Positions 37,550 to 47,332 of a DNA stretch of 64,000 nucleotides are shown piece by piece. The notes beneath the pieces were generated by a model. It saw only the letters and a list, made by a program, of their open reading frames with translations, was not told the origin of the DNA and ran no database searches. Position 1 is the stretch's first letter, and every line of letters starts with the position of its first letter. A program made the position numbers and the translations under genes. Where the stretch lies: positions 186,001 through 250,000 of the IMG/VR virus record IMGVR_UViG_3300027749_002876; one strand, given 5' to 3'.

Positions 37550-38926
37550 ATGGCAGCTTTCTTCTATGATAATCAGGTACGCAGATTTTTAATTCAATTT
37601 GCGAAAATTTTTTCCAATTGGGAAGTTACCAAAGGTAAAGATCCTGCAGGTAATGAGATATTTGTTCGTGTTCCTATTATGTATGGTGATAGTAGTAGAC
37701 AAGCTAGCACTATCATAGCTAATAACAGTGCAAGTAATTTGCCGAGTGCACCACTGATGACTTATTATATCAGTGGATTAGAATACGATCAAAAACGTAC
37801 ACAGGACCCTACGTTCATTGATAAGATACAAGTTCGTCAACGTGCATACAATAATGACACACAAAATTATGAGCAAGTACAGGGGCAAGCATTTACAGTT
37901 GAAAGATTAATGCCCGTACCTTATACATTAAGAATAACAGTTGATTTATGGACTACTAATTATCAACAGAAATTGGAATTAGTTGAACAATTAGGCACAT
38001 TGTTTAATCCATCATTAGAAATACAAAGTACTGATAACTTCATTGATTGGACAAGTTTAAGTGTTGTATATCAAGATGGTATAACATTTACCAGTCGCAG
38101 TATACCACAGGGTACAGGTAATCCTATTGATGTATTAAGTTGGAAATTTTATATGCCCATCTGGTTAAGCAATGCCGCTAAACTTAAAAAGATGGGTGTT
38201 ATCGAAAAAGTTATTGCCAGTATCTTTAAAGGTCAAGCACTACAAGATATACAAGATGATGATTTGTTATTGGGTACTCGACAAAAGATTACACCATATG
38301 GATACAAACTATTGTTGATAGGTAATAGACTTCAACTATTACCTGCTGATGAAGCATTTTATCCAAGCAATGAAAGTTTAGAATACCCTCCTCCACCTGA
38401 CACAAGTTTATATTGGAGTAGTTTATTAAATGTATATGGAACATTACGTCCGGGTATCAGTCAAATATGGTTACAAAATCCATTTATGACCACTGATATC
38501 GTAGGTACTATTGTTCCTGATCCATTAGATGATAGATTATTAATATATGATATCGATGCCGACACCCTGCCACAAAACACATTGGATCCTGTAGACAGTG
38601 TAATTAATCCAACAGTCACAGGACCAAACGCAGGGTTGCCTAGTCCTATTAACGGGCGTAGATATCTTATTGTAGAAGATATTGGTAGTCCAGACAATAC
38701 TACCATAGCTTGGGGAAATTTAGTAGCCAATGCAAATGATATCATTGAATATGATGGTACATCAAGTGAATGGTTTGTATCATTTGATAGTCAACTGGCT
38801 ACTACCATTGAATATGTAACTAACCTTACTACTGCCTTACAATATAGATTTGATTATATCAACAACGTATGGATGAAATCATTTGAAGGCTGGTACGACC
38901 AGGGATCGTATTCAATTGTGATTTAA
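37550..38926 (+). CDS. gp15: tail terminator / sheath stabiliser (gp15-like)
   Basis: FFYDNQVRRFLIQF...VPIMYG...MPVPY.L...LELVEQL..LFNP. Confidence 0.85.
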   Translation: MAAFFYDNQVRRFLIQFAKIFSNWEVTKGKDPAGNEIFVRVPIMYGDSSRQASTIIANNSASNLPSAPLMTYYISGLEYDQKRTQDPTFIDKIQVRQRAYNNDTQNYEQVQGQAFTVERLMPVPYTLRITVDLWTTNYQQKLELVEQLGTLFNPSLEIQSTDNFIDWTSLSVVYQDGITFTSRSIPQGTGNPIDVLSWKFYMPIWLSNAAKLKKMGVIEKVIASIFKGQALQDIQDDDLLLGTRQKITPYGYKLLLIGNRLQLLPADEAFYPSNESLEYPPPPDTSLYWSSLLNVYGTLRPGISQIWLQNPFMTTDIVGTIVPDPLDDRLLIYDIDADTLPQNTLDPVDSVINPTVTGPNAGLPSPINGRRYLIVEDIGSPDNTTIAWGNLVANANDIIEYDGTSSEWFVSFDSQLATTIEYVTNLTTALQYRFDYINNVWMKSFEGWYDQGSYSIVI

Positions 38927-39742
38927 TATAACTTCCCATCCAGCTAATGATTTAGTTTGCTTTCTAACCAAATTAGATGCTTGTGCATATTGTATACCCA
39001 ATGTCCTGAGAAATAATGTCATTTCATAACAGGTTTCTTGTTTTATTTCTCCGGTAATCTTATTACGAAAGGTGAATGTCTCTTTAATTGCCCTAGCATT
39101 GTTCAACCCTGAATTTTTTTCTTTGTTAATTTTCATTACTTTGGGCCTACTGTTTATTTCAATACTTATTCTACTTCTTTTTTCTTTTATTTCAGGAAGT
39201 TGATTTGTAATTGCAAGTGATTTTTTTCTTTTATCTATTGCATCCTGACTGAATGCTTTAATGAGCCTATTATGTTTTTTAACAGGATCGGCCTCTCTTT
39301 TTAGAGCAGCCATTCTACGTTTTTCTTTTGTTTCTGACAATAAATCTGTATTTTTTCTTTTTTCTTTTGCGGCTGAAAGATTAATAGCTTTTTTCATATT
39401 TTCATTTCTTTTTATTGACACTGCAGGATCACTATAATTAATACCTTTACTATTTTTCTTATTAAGGTAATCATTGCGCTTAGCGGCATTAAGTCTATCT
39501 AATACTCTTTTTTCCCAGTTCAACGCTTCATTAATTCTATTTTCATTAGTGAATGTATTTCTTATTTCTATAATACTAGGTACACCATTTTCTTTAACAT
39601 AAGCGTTAACGTAATCACTGGATGTAAAATATGTTACGAATAGATCGGATGGGTGACAGTTTTTTGCGTATCTAACCCCATAATATTTCATTCCAGTAGA
39701 CCACTCTAGATAATAGGTATATGGTACATTATAATATTGCAT
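38912..39742 (-). mobile_element. free-standing GIY-YIG (Seg-like) homing endonuclease gene
   Basis: YTYYLEWSTGMKYYGVR...ALNWEKRVL...YLNK; basic helical linker; opposite orientation to the host operon; late promoter at 39759-39766. Confidence 0.8.
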
Positions 39743-39832
39743 GATTGATCCTTTTATATATTTATCATTAAGGTGATTATTCTATAAAAAGTAATTATTC
39801 TATCGTCATCTAATACTGTGATAAATCATAGT

Positions 39833-40249
39833 ATGAGTAATATTTCTGCAGGTGTCTTTTTTTATTCCGGTACTACTAACCGTTTCTTATATCTATTAAG
39901 AAATGATAATAGAAACCCGGGTAACTGGGGAATACCTGGTGGTAAGATAGAAAGTGATGAAACATTACTTGAAGGACTACAACGTGAATGTATGGAAGAA
40001 ATAAATTACTTTCCAAATCATGCTAAACTTGTGCCCATTCAAAAGTTTGTAAATAATACATTTACCTATCATACATTTTTTTGTAAAGTGTCAGAAGAAT
40101 TTACACCTATATTAAATGAAGAACATTGCGGTTATGCATGGGTAGGTGAGAAACAATATCCTAAACCATTACATCCGGGATTATTCAATACTGTTAATTT
40201 TGATATTGTTCAATCTAAGTTAAATGCACTTACAAAAAAAGAGACCTAA
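39833..40249 (+). CDS. NUDIX hydrolase (start revised to MSNISAG)
   Basis: WGIPGGKIESDETLLEGLQRECMEE Nudix box; GATAAATC 5 nt before ATG. Confidence 0.9.
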   Translation: MSNISAGVFFYSGTTNRFLYLLRNDNRNPGNWGIPGGKIESDETLLEGLQRECMEEINYFPNHAKLVPIQKFVNNTFTYHTFFCKVSEEFTPILNEEHCGYAWVGEKQYPKPLHPGLFNTVNFDIVQSKLNALTKKET

Positions 40250-40260
40250 GTCTCTTTTTT
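40234..40260. terminator. bidirectional intrinsic terminator
   Basis: A7-GAGAC-CTAA-GTCTC-T6 between convergent genes. Confidence 0.8.
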
Positions 40261-40571
40261 TATTTTAGCAATTTTGCTATCGTATCGAATCCCAGTGATC
40301 CTATTACAACACCAGCACCCATCATCATCCAGCGCCATTTTTCAAGTGCAGAAACTTTGTCAGACATAGACTTATGGGCGTTAGCACTAGCTTCTTTCAT
40401 TTCTTTTAGAAGCTGGTGTGTATCTTCGTTATTCTTCGCCATACAAACATTAACATCTTTGATATCAGCTTTGATTTCACTGATATCATTTGTGATGTTT
40501 TGTACTTGTACTTGAAGAACTGCGATTTCCGTTTCAGTCTTTGGCATTTTAATAGTTCTACCAGTTACCAT
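40260..40571 (-). CDS. coiled-coil protein with C-terminal transmembrane helix (XhlA/holin-like)
   Basis: heptad region followed by WRWMMMGAGVVIGSLGF. Confidence 0.6.
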   Translation of the reverse strand: MVTGRTIKMPKTETEIAVLQVQVQNITNDISEIKADIKDVNVCMAKNNEDTHQLLKEMKEASANAHKSMSDKVSALEKWRWMMMGAGVVIGSLGFDTIAKLLK

Positions 40572-40573
40572 GA

Positions 40574-41962
40574 TTAAGCACTAGCAATAACTACGATTGG
40601 GTTAGGCTGACCTTCATATGTATTAGCGGCGTATGCTGTATTGAATGTAGCGATAACATCAGGATTAACACTATTAACAACAGCAGTACCTGTACCAGTA
40701 CCTGTAGCTGTAGCAATAAATGTAACACCTGTCATATTACTTGCTGAACCACATAATGTCCAATTTGTCGTACCAGTACTATAAATTGTATACACTGTAC
40801 CTACACTTAATGAACCGGCTGCAACTTGCGTTGGGAACACTTCAGTGTTGTAATCATTAACACTTGAAACATATGCTGTAGCAGAGGCTGCATCAGTAGA
40901 CAATATATTCATTGTATTTGGTGTCAATGCTGTGTTAGCAACATTGGCTGTATAGCATTGTGCAATTAAACCAGTTGTACCACCTTGTACTAGATACTTT
41001 GTCTTACCTTTTTGACGTAAGATGAAACCAGCTTCGTCATTTGCATATACAAAAGATGTGCCTGCATAATTTGCAGTAGAATTTGCAGCCAACACAGTAA
41101 CGTCAATAGTAGCATTTGCCGCTGTTGTGCCGGTAGTAACTGCTTTCTGTGGACCATATTGTGAGGTTGAAACAGTAAATGCAGATGCGTTAGCAATAGC
41201 ATCAACAAAGTATGTTGAACCTGCAATTAATCCGCCGGTAGTTGTATCAAACACAACTGGTGCACCCACAAACAATGTTTGTGCGTTTCCTGAAGTGCGA
41301 ATAACGTTACCTGTAGCATTTGTGTTAGCAACAGCAACAGTAATATAACCTGTATTTGTATCAACAAAACCAACATTAATTGGTGTTGTCTGACCTGGAA
41401 TACCAGTTGGTTGAAGAATTTGAACTGCTGATCCAACTGATAATGTATTTGCAAAATCAGTGCCGGCACCGTAGACATTCAAATTAGCTGTGTCACCATA
41501 GATGATACCTGTACCAGAGATACCAATAGCTACTTGTGGTAGAACTTGTGATCCAACGATAGCTGTGTTACCACCAACTACACCATATGTGTTAGCGTTG
41601 TTTGACGGAAAGCCTGCACCACCTTCTGGGTTGTTGAAATATGCATCAACAACTTCAAATGATGCTTTAACAGTGCCACCAGTTGAATTAGACAATGAAG
41701 CCATTACACGTGGTTGAACACTTAGTTGTGTCGTTGAAACACTGAATGTAGTGTTTGATAGTATAGTATCAACATAATATAATGTGTTGGTTACTAAACC
41801 ACTAATGGCACCTGCGACTACAAATGACATACCAGATGCTATGCCAACAGTTGGACTAGTTGTTAGATTTCCACCTGAGATTGTAACGATACTGCCTGTT
41901 GTTGCTGTATCAGTGATTGTTAAGACTGCTTGAGCCTTTGCGATTTTTAGAGGACGTCCCAT
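40574..41962 (-). CDS. virion structural protein (MGRPLK...)
   Basis: T/A/G/N-rich; two GL....YYV..I....F.VST modules; ILRQKGKTKYLV; AAGGA SD. Confidence 0.7.
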   Translation of the reverse strand: MGRPLKIAKAQAVLTITDTATTGSIVTISGGNLTTSPTVGIASGMSFVVAGAISGLVTNTLYYVDTILSNTTFSVSTTQLSVQPRVMASLSNSTGGTVKASFEVVDAYFNNPEGGAGFPSNNANTYGVVGGNTAIVGSQVLPQVAIGISGTGIIYGDTANLNVYGAGTDFANTLSVGSAVQILQPTGIPGQTTPINVGFVDTNTGYITVAVANTNATGNVIRTSGNAQTLFVGAPVVFDTTTGGLIAGSTYFVDAIANASAFTVSTSQYGPQKAVTTGTTAANATIDVTVLAANSTANYAGTSFVYANDEAGFILRQKGKTKYLVQGGTTGLIAQCYTANVANTALTPNTMNILSTDAASATAYVSSVNDYNTEVFPTQVAAGSLSVGTVYTIYSTGTTNWTLCGSASNMTGVTFIATATGTGTGTAVVNSVNPDVIATFNTAYAANTYEGQPNPIVVIASA

Positions 41963-41983
41963 TTGTTTTTCCTTTGATAAAAT

Positions 41984-42039
41984 TAGCGGGTTCTAGCCGC
42001 TACGCAGTGGGTAACTGCATAAACTCTCAGAATGAGAGT
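41984..42039 (-). ncRNA. candidate structured 5' leader RNA with three abutting hairpins
   Basis: ACUCUCA-UUC-UGAGAGU; UAUGCAGU-UACCC-ACUGCGUA (one U.G pair); UAGCGG-CUAGAAC-CCGCUA; lies between the late promoter at 42048-42055 and the SD. Confidence 0.6.
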
Positions 42040-42069
42040 GTATGATGTATTTATCAAATAAGGGTAAAA

Positions 42070-42621
42070 TTAACCAGTAAAGCTACCAGTTGGGCTGGTG
42101 TAACCACTTGTTCCTGTATTAGGATGAGGTGCGCCCAATTCAGTTATAGTAAACAATGTATTAGCTCCCGCTGTGGTTAGATAAGAAACAATGTTTCCTT
42201 GTCCAACTATGATACTGTTATTAACTGTGTTAGGAGGAATCAACTCACTATTTGCAGTAGCTATCGTATAAGGAACTCCGTAAGGATTGTATCTTGCAGT
42301 TGTGTTAGCAATGGCAACTGCGGAATTTGCAGTCAATGTTAAACTTGTGTTATTTGCAATGGCTGCTACAATACCTACATTTGCGCCTGTTGTATTACCA
42401 ATCCAACTACCAACAGCTAATTCAGTACTGAATGATGTACCTGCTCCGGTAACTGTTGCACTATTAGTTGCACAAGTTACATTTCCAGTCAATGCAACGT
42501 TTGGGAAGCTTGTGGTAAACTGAATACCTACATTAGATGTAGCTATTCTAATTTTATCTGTCGCAATATTTGCGGAAGCTGCCGCTGTTGCGCTGTTTGC
42601 TGTATATGCGTATGATGCCAT
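42070..42621 (-). CDS. virion structural protein
   Basis: 183 aa, A/T/N-rich; VTGAGTSF.TEL.VG module; AATAAATA upstream. Confidence 0.65.
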   Translation of the reverse strand: MASYAYTANSATAAASANIATDKIRIATSNVGIQFTTSFPNVALTGNVTCATNSATVTGAGTSFSTELAVGSWIGNTTGANVGIVAAIANNTSLTLTANSAVAIANTTARYNPYGVPYTIATANSELIPPNTVNNSIIVGQGNIVSYLTTAGANTLFTITELGAPHPNTGTSGYTSPTGSFTG

Positions 42622-42647
42622 TTTAAATTCCTATATCTTATTTATTC

Positions 42648-44657
42648 TTATAGTCTGCCTACGGCGACCTCTATTATACCTTCACCGTCAAAGTTTTCTA
42701 ATGCTTTGCCGATAACTGTTCCCATTTGTGGTGATGCACTATGTTTAGCATAACCATCACCAGCTGACACTAACATGTCACCTTTACTTATTGTTCCACG
42801 AACTTTAGTTGGCACACGACCTTGTAATGCAAGTGCTACAATATGTTCACCTTTGCATTTCATATTCATTACATATGCTGGATCAGTAGAAACAACACCG
42901 GCTACTTTGTTAGTTCCATCTTCAGCTAATGTTACTTCTTTATCACCACCAAATGCTAGTACTGTGCCAGGTTTATATTTTTTATCTGCTTCGTAATATT
43001 CTGCTAAGTCAGCATATGTTGCACTAAGTCTTGATCCTGCACTCAAACTGAAGTTACCAGTTATAGTACCTACTGTAGTATTTGCTCCGGTTGTTAAGAC
43101 TGTAGTAATAATATTACCTGCAGTTATGTTACCTGTTGTAGATATAGTATTACTTCCATATGAGTTCAATAATGTAACAACATTACTATCACCGTATGTT
43201 CCATTACCTCCACCTGTAGCGGCTGCAAATACACCATTACCATATAATACATTACTAGAATTACCATCTTTATTAATAGTAGCAATATTTCCTATACCAC
43301 TAACATTTGCTACAGCTACACTGTTGGCTATATTAGCGTAAGCTACTGTACCTGATACATTGGCACCCGGAATAGAAGTTAATCCAGTTGCGGCTCCATA
43401 ATATGTGCCTGTTATATTTGCACCAGTAATGTTTCCACTTGATGACAATGATGTAAGAGTACCTACACTTGTAATATTAGGTTGAGCATTGGTTGTAACA
43501 GTACCTGCAGTTGACGAATTACCTGTTACATTGCCTGTAATATTAGCAACAAGGTCTCCGGAAATAGAAACACTTGTTGTATTGGCACTAATTGTTTGTG
43601 TGCCTATATAGATAGTACTATTAGCCAAATACAAATCATTAAATCTATTTGTATTATTACCTAAATTATATGTTATGTTTGCATTAGGTATAATATTACC
43701 TGCAACAACAAGACCAGATAGTGTACCTACGCTTGTAATATTTGGTTGTGATCCGGTTGTTAATGATCCGGCAATGGTAGTTGCACTGAAATTACCTGTC
43801 AATGTTACAATATTTCCATTTGTGATTGTAAAGTTAGCAGAACCATTTAAAATACCATTATTATTATATTGTAGTGTATTAGCAGAACCACCTGGATTGG
43901 CTACTCCACTACCAGTAATAGAAGTTGCAATAGCGTTTGGACTGTTAGTGTAACTTAAGCCAGTACCAACTGAATTTGCTGTTAAATCTATATCAGTGAA
44001 TAATGAAACGTTACCTGATGTTGGATAATCATTTGCCAACTTGGTATAAAAAGTACGACTGTTAACAATAGCATTAGCGTTACTATTGGCACCTGAGTTA
44101 GACCCAGATACGCCTGAAATAGTAATTTTTGTACTATTTGTGTATGGTGTGGTGTTTGCAACGGTCATCACAATTGGAGTAGCATTTGATAGTGCTACAA
44201 TATTTGTGTACAGAGTACCTTTAGTTGTCCAATTTAAATTACCTTGACCATCAGTTTCTAATATATATCCAGTTGCACCACCACCAATTTTAACATTAGA
44301 AATAGTGCCTAAATGTATGGGTATACCTTCATATTCAGCAGTGTTGTCAGGGCTCTCGGCATTTCCACCAGTATTAATCCACGAATTAGTATTGATATCA
44401 TATGCTAATATTTGACCGGGCAGTACATTAGTAATGTTAACATTACTACCATTACTACCTTCAACTTGACTAAAACTAATAGTTGAATAAGAAGTAAGTA
44501 CTTCAACATTTTCAACATTGGTTACTGCTACGTTGCTAGCACCTATAAACAATTGTTTAGCATCATTAGCCCAACCGAATTGAGCCTCATCAAGCTGTGG
44601 CAGGTCTACAAGATTGCCTGAACGTTGTTGTATCTTCGAGATTTGGATGATTGCCAT
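42648..44657 (-). CDS. tail fibre/spike protein with C-terminal intramolecular-chaperone-like domain
   Basis: N-terminal ISKIQQRSG..LPQL...FGWA.D..LFIG; QPNITSVGTL repeats; C-terminal ADLAEYY...GRVPTKV.G...KGD.LV...VIGKALE. Confidence 0.78.
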   Translation of the reverse strand: MAIIQISKIQQRSGNLVDLPQLDEAQFGWANDAKQLFIGASNVAVTNVENVEVLTSYSTISFSQVEGSNGSNVNITNVLPGQILAYDINTNSWINTGGNAESPDNTAEYEGIPIHLGTISNVKIGGGATGYILETDGQGNLNWTTKGTLYTNIVALSNATPIVMTVANTTPYTNSTKITISGVSGSNSGANSNANAIVNSRTFYTKLANDYPTSGNVSLFTDIDLTANSVGTGLSYTNSPNAIATSITGSGVANPGGSANTLQYNNNGILNGSANFTITNGNIVTLTGNFSATTIAGSLTTGSQPNITSVGTLSGLVVAGNIIPNANITYNLGNNTNRFNDLYLANSTIYIGTQTISANTTSVSISGDLVANITGNVTGNSSTAGTVTTNAQPNITSVGTLTSLSSSGNITGANITGTYYGAATGLTSIPGANVSGTVAYANIANSVAVANVSGIGNIATINKDGNSSNVLYGNGVFAAATGGGNGTYGDSNVVTLLNSYGSNTISTTGNITAGNIITTVLTTGANTTVGTITGNFSLSAGSRLSATYADLAEYYEADKKYKPGTVLAFGGDKEVTLAEDGTNKVAGVVSTDPAYVMNMKCKGEHIVALALQGRVPTKVRGTISKGDMLVSAGDGYAKHSASPQMGTVIGKALENFDGEGIIEVAVGRL

Positions 44658-44692
44658 AAGTGTGATTCTTTACAGATTTACACTTATTTATC
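44656..44692 (-). promoter_or_regulatory. late promoter (44685-44692) overlapping an 8-bp hairpin that covers the start codon
   Basis: ATAAGTGT (44656-44663) / ACACTTAT (44680-44687). Confidence 0.65.
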
Positions 44693-44700
44693 TTAAATCA

Positions 44701-45387
44701 TTATAAGAACTTCATGTAATATTGTTCAACACGACTGAACCAAATGTCAGTGTATTTGTCAAATTCAGTACCTTCTAGGATGAATTCCTGATATAGATTG
44801 TCAGCAGAACACATGAAAATGACACCCTTACGTATCTTTGTACCGTGTACTTCATTGTGGGCATTTGCATAAGCGGCTAATTGAACAAAGTAATCATCAA
44901 TCCACTCACGTTTTTTAGGCTTGTTTGTTTGCTTGTGATCCATAATAGATTCACTACCATCATGAATACCTGCTAAGTCTGTCGTCCCTGCATAAATCTT
45001 CGGATAATACAACGGAACTTCTGTACCCCAATATTCACTGCATTTAACAAGACCTTGATTAATGATTGATTGGGCCATCTGATGGCTTTGCAAGCTATAC
45101 GGATTGCTTCCGGGCTCATTGAGTACTCCTGTCTTAATATAATCTTCTAGCCACTTGTGCATTCGTGTACCACGACCTGCGGCTTCTGTTGTGATTTCTT
45201 GTGCTTTTTGAACGCCAACTCGTTTACGCCAATTATTAAGTGCTTGTTTAGATTCTTCACTTTTAGTAGCATCTAGTATTGTAGTAACACTGGGAAGTTT
45301 CTCACCATCGGGTGTAGCGTATTTGCGTGACCCGTTTATTGTTTCTCTAAGTAAAGGAACATAATTATATTTGTTTGGAATGTACAT
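44701..45387 (-). CDS. PD-(D/E)XK exonuclease
   Basis: LPSVTTIL, RGTRMH, AGTTD...IMDHKQ, QLAAYA. Confidence 0.88.
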   Translation of the reverse strand: MYIPNKYNYVPLLRETINGSRKYATPDGEKLPSVTTILDATKSEESKQALNNWRKRVGVQKAQEITTEAAGRGTRMHKWLEDYIKTGVLNEPGSNPYSLQSHQMAQSIINQGLVKCSEYWGTEVPLYYPKIYAGTTDLAGIHDGSESIMDHKQTNKPKKREWIDDYFVQLAAYANAHNEVHGTKIRKGVIFMCSADNLYQEFILEGTEFDKYTDIWFSRVEQYYMKFL

Positions 45388-45393
45388 TAGACT

Positions 45394-45422
45394 ATTATAA
45401 TATATTTTATAATTTAATGCAA
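45394..45422 (-). promoter_or_regulatory. sigma70-type promoter TTGCAT-N17-TATAAT, 6 nt before ATG
   Basis: motif and spacing; no SD. Confidence 0.7.
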
Positions 45423-45431
45423 GAGTTTAGG

Positions 45432-45758
45432 TTAAACTCTAAAACTCTCTCCACACCCGCATCGGTCACGCTCGTTCGGGTTGGTGAACTCAAAACCCTC
45501 ATTTAACCCATTACGCACATAATCTACGACCATGTTCTTTAAATACACATCATGTTTTTTATCTACTAAAATAATAAAACTTGGTTGTGCATAATTTATT
45601 ATTGATTCATCATATTTGTATTCATCAACATATTCTAATACATAAGCAAGACCAGAGCACCCGGTCGTTTTTACACCTATACGAATACCAAGGCCTTTAC
45701 CTCGTTTTGATATTATTTGTTGAATTTTGTTTGATGCTTTTTCTGTTAAGCTTATCAT
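45432..45758 (-). CDS. iscA: A-type Fe-S cluster carrier (IscA/HesB)
   Basis: TTGCSGLAY and C-terminal CGCGESF. Confidence 0.95.
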   Translation of the reverse strand: MISLTEKASNKIQQIISKRGKGLGIRIGVKTTGCSGLAYVLEYVDEYKYDESIINYAQPSFIILVDKKHDVYLKNMVVDYVRNGLNEGFEFTNPNERDRCGCGESFRV

Positions 45759-46084
45759 TGCGGTTGTTGCATTGCATTTTGAGCCATCTGTGCTACTATT
45801 TTTTGATTCTCATCGGGCTGTGCTGCCGGAGCAGGCTCATTGCCTTTAAAAATAACATTGTCACCCTGAATGTTTGCTATGCTCTTGTTTAGTGGAGCTT
45901 TCTTAATCATATCATACAAATCAGATTTGTCAATAACTATATCATTGTCTCTATAATATTGCAATAATTCTGGAACTGTCCAATCACTATGTACTTCTCC
46001 GGAGTCAATCTCACTCTTTAGTTGACTAGTACTTGCAACCAGTCTAACTAATAGAGGACTGCCTTCAAATTCATACAATCGCAT
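45755..46084 (-). CDS. hypothetical late protein
   Basis: 109 aa; N-terminus MRLYEF. Confidence 0.7.
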   Translation of the reverse strand: MRLYEFEGSPLLVRLVASTSQLKSEIDSGEVHSDWTVPELLQYYRDNDIVIDKSDLYDMIKKAPLNKSIANIQGDNVIFKGNEPAPAAQPDENQKIVAQMAQNAMQQPQ

Positions 46085-46086
46085 GG

Positions 46087-46800
46087 TTATCTCTTAGGAC
46101 GACCTGCACCGCCTAGAGGTTCTTCTTCTGGAGTTTCAAGGTCAACGTTCATTTCTTCTTCACCGCCACCGGGTAGTGGTTCTTCCATGCCAACGTCAGT
46201 ATTCATCTCGCCACCGGGTGCAGGAACACCCATATCACCGCCTGCATCAAAAGCTTCAGCACCTCCTTGACCAGTAATACCGTTCAATGCTGTTTTTAAT
46301 GTTGCTTGACTTTGTGTCAATGCGGCTTGTAATGAAGTCAATGCTTCAGATACTTGTTGATTAAATGTCTCACTTTCGTTAACACCAATCTCAGATTGAA
46401 CCGAATCAGTTAATGCCGGTAATTCTTTTACCAACATATCACTAACTTCTTCAACCATTTTTTGTACTTGGTCTACCAAGTCTTGTGCAGCCAAAACTAC
46501 TTGTGACTTTTCAACTTCTTCATTTTCTACAACAATACGTGGTTTACGTAAGCTGATTTCAGCAAAATGCTTACTCAATGCTTGTTCCATAAACACAAGT
46601 TTTAGATATGAAGAATTCTGCTGGCTTTCATAGAAATCGTTAGATTTCTTTGTTTCGCTCATTAGGCCACGAACTCTTGTAAGCATATCTCTTGCTTGAG
46701 CATAAGACATTTTACGAACATTAAACGGAACGTTATAATGCTCTTTTAACGCTTTAGTGGCGTTTTCGATTGGGTTTTTGTCAAAATCAGTTAATTTCAT
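46087..46800 (-). CDS. probable prohead core/scaffold-like protein
   Basis: long acidic coiled coil; P/G/E-rich tail; late promoter at 46827-46834. Confidence 0.5.
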   Translation of the reverse strand: MKLTDFDKNPIENATKALKEHYNVPFNVRKMSYAQARDMLTRVRGLMSETKKSNDFYESQQNSSYLKLVFMEQALSKHFAEISLRKPRIVVENEEVEKSQVVLAAQDLVDQVQKMVEEVSDMLVKELPALTDSVQSEIGVNESETFNQQVSEALTSLQAALTQSQATLKTALNGITGQGGAEAFDAGGDMGVPAPGGEMNTDVGMEEPLPGGGEEEMNVDLETPEEEPLGGAGRPKR

Positions 46801-46849
46801 AGTTGTATTCCAAGACTAATATAAAGTATTTATCTTTTTTCATTTATTG

Positions 46850-47332
46850 TTAGGATTTTAAGCCAAATCTTTTCTGTTGCCAAGCATATGAATTTGCTAT
46901 ATATTTGTTCAATTCATCACTCATAGATTTTTTTTGAAATTTATCTTCATTCAATTTAGCAAGATAGATTAGTTTATCCTCTGTTTTTTTAGCTTTTTTA
47001 AACAATTTAGAATGAATAGAAATGTGTACTTCTACACTACTTAAATACATATCCAAATCAATTACTCGATTTGCTAGTTGATACTTTCCTATTTTGTCCA
47101 ATACACACCAACATACTGCGTTTTTCATACTAAAAAAAGAATTAACATCATCTCCGTTATTTAATGATACTGTTATGTTATTTACATCTTTCTTTTTAAT
47201 ATGATACTTGTTAAACAAACTGTATGTACCATCGGTATCTTGGAAGATGACAACATCTTGTAATTTGGCAAATTCTGATGTTGATATCATGTTGTCCAAT
47301 TTTCTATCAATCTTTGCAATATCAACTTTCAT
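46850..47332 (-). CDS. hypothetical protein
   Basis: 160-aa ORF in operon. Confidence 0.65.
   Translation of the reverse strand: MKVDIAKIDRKLDNMISTSEFAKLQDVVIFQDTDGTYSLFNKYHIKKKDVNNITVSLNNGDDVNSFFSMKNAVCWCVLDKIGKYQLANRVIDLDMYLSSVEVHISIHSKLFKKAKKTEDKLIYLAKLNEDKFQKKSMSDELNKYIANSYAWQQKRFGLKS

Noticed and set aside
41984-42002. preQ1-I riboswitch-like GGTTCTAG on the + strand
   Set aside because: Wrong strand for the downstream gene and no A-rich 3' tail; kept only as an unassigned minus-strand structure
44701-45387. Cas4 / CRISPR adaptation gene
   Set aside because: Lacks the four-Cys Fe-S motif; no array or other cas genes; fits an ordinary phage PD-(D/E)XK exonuclease
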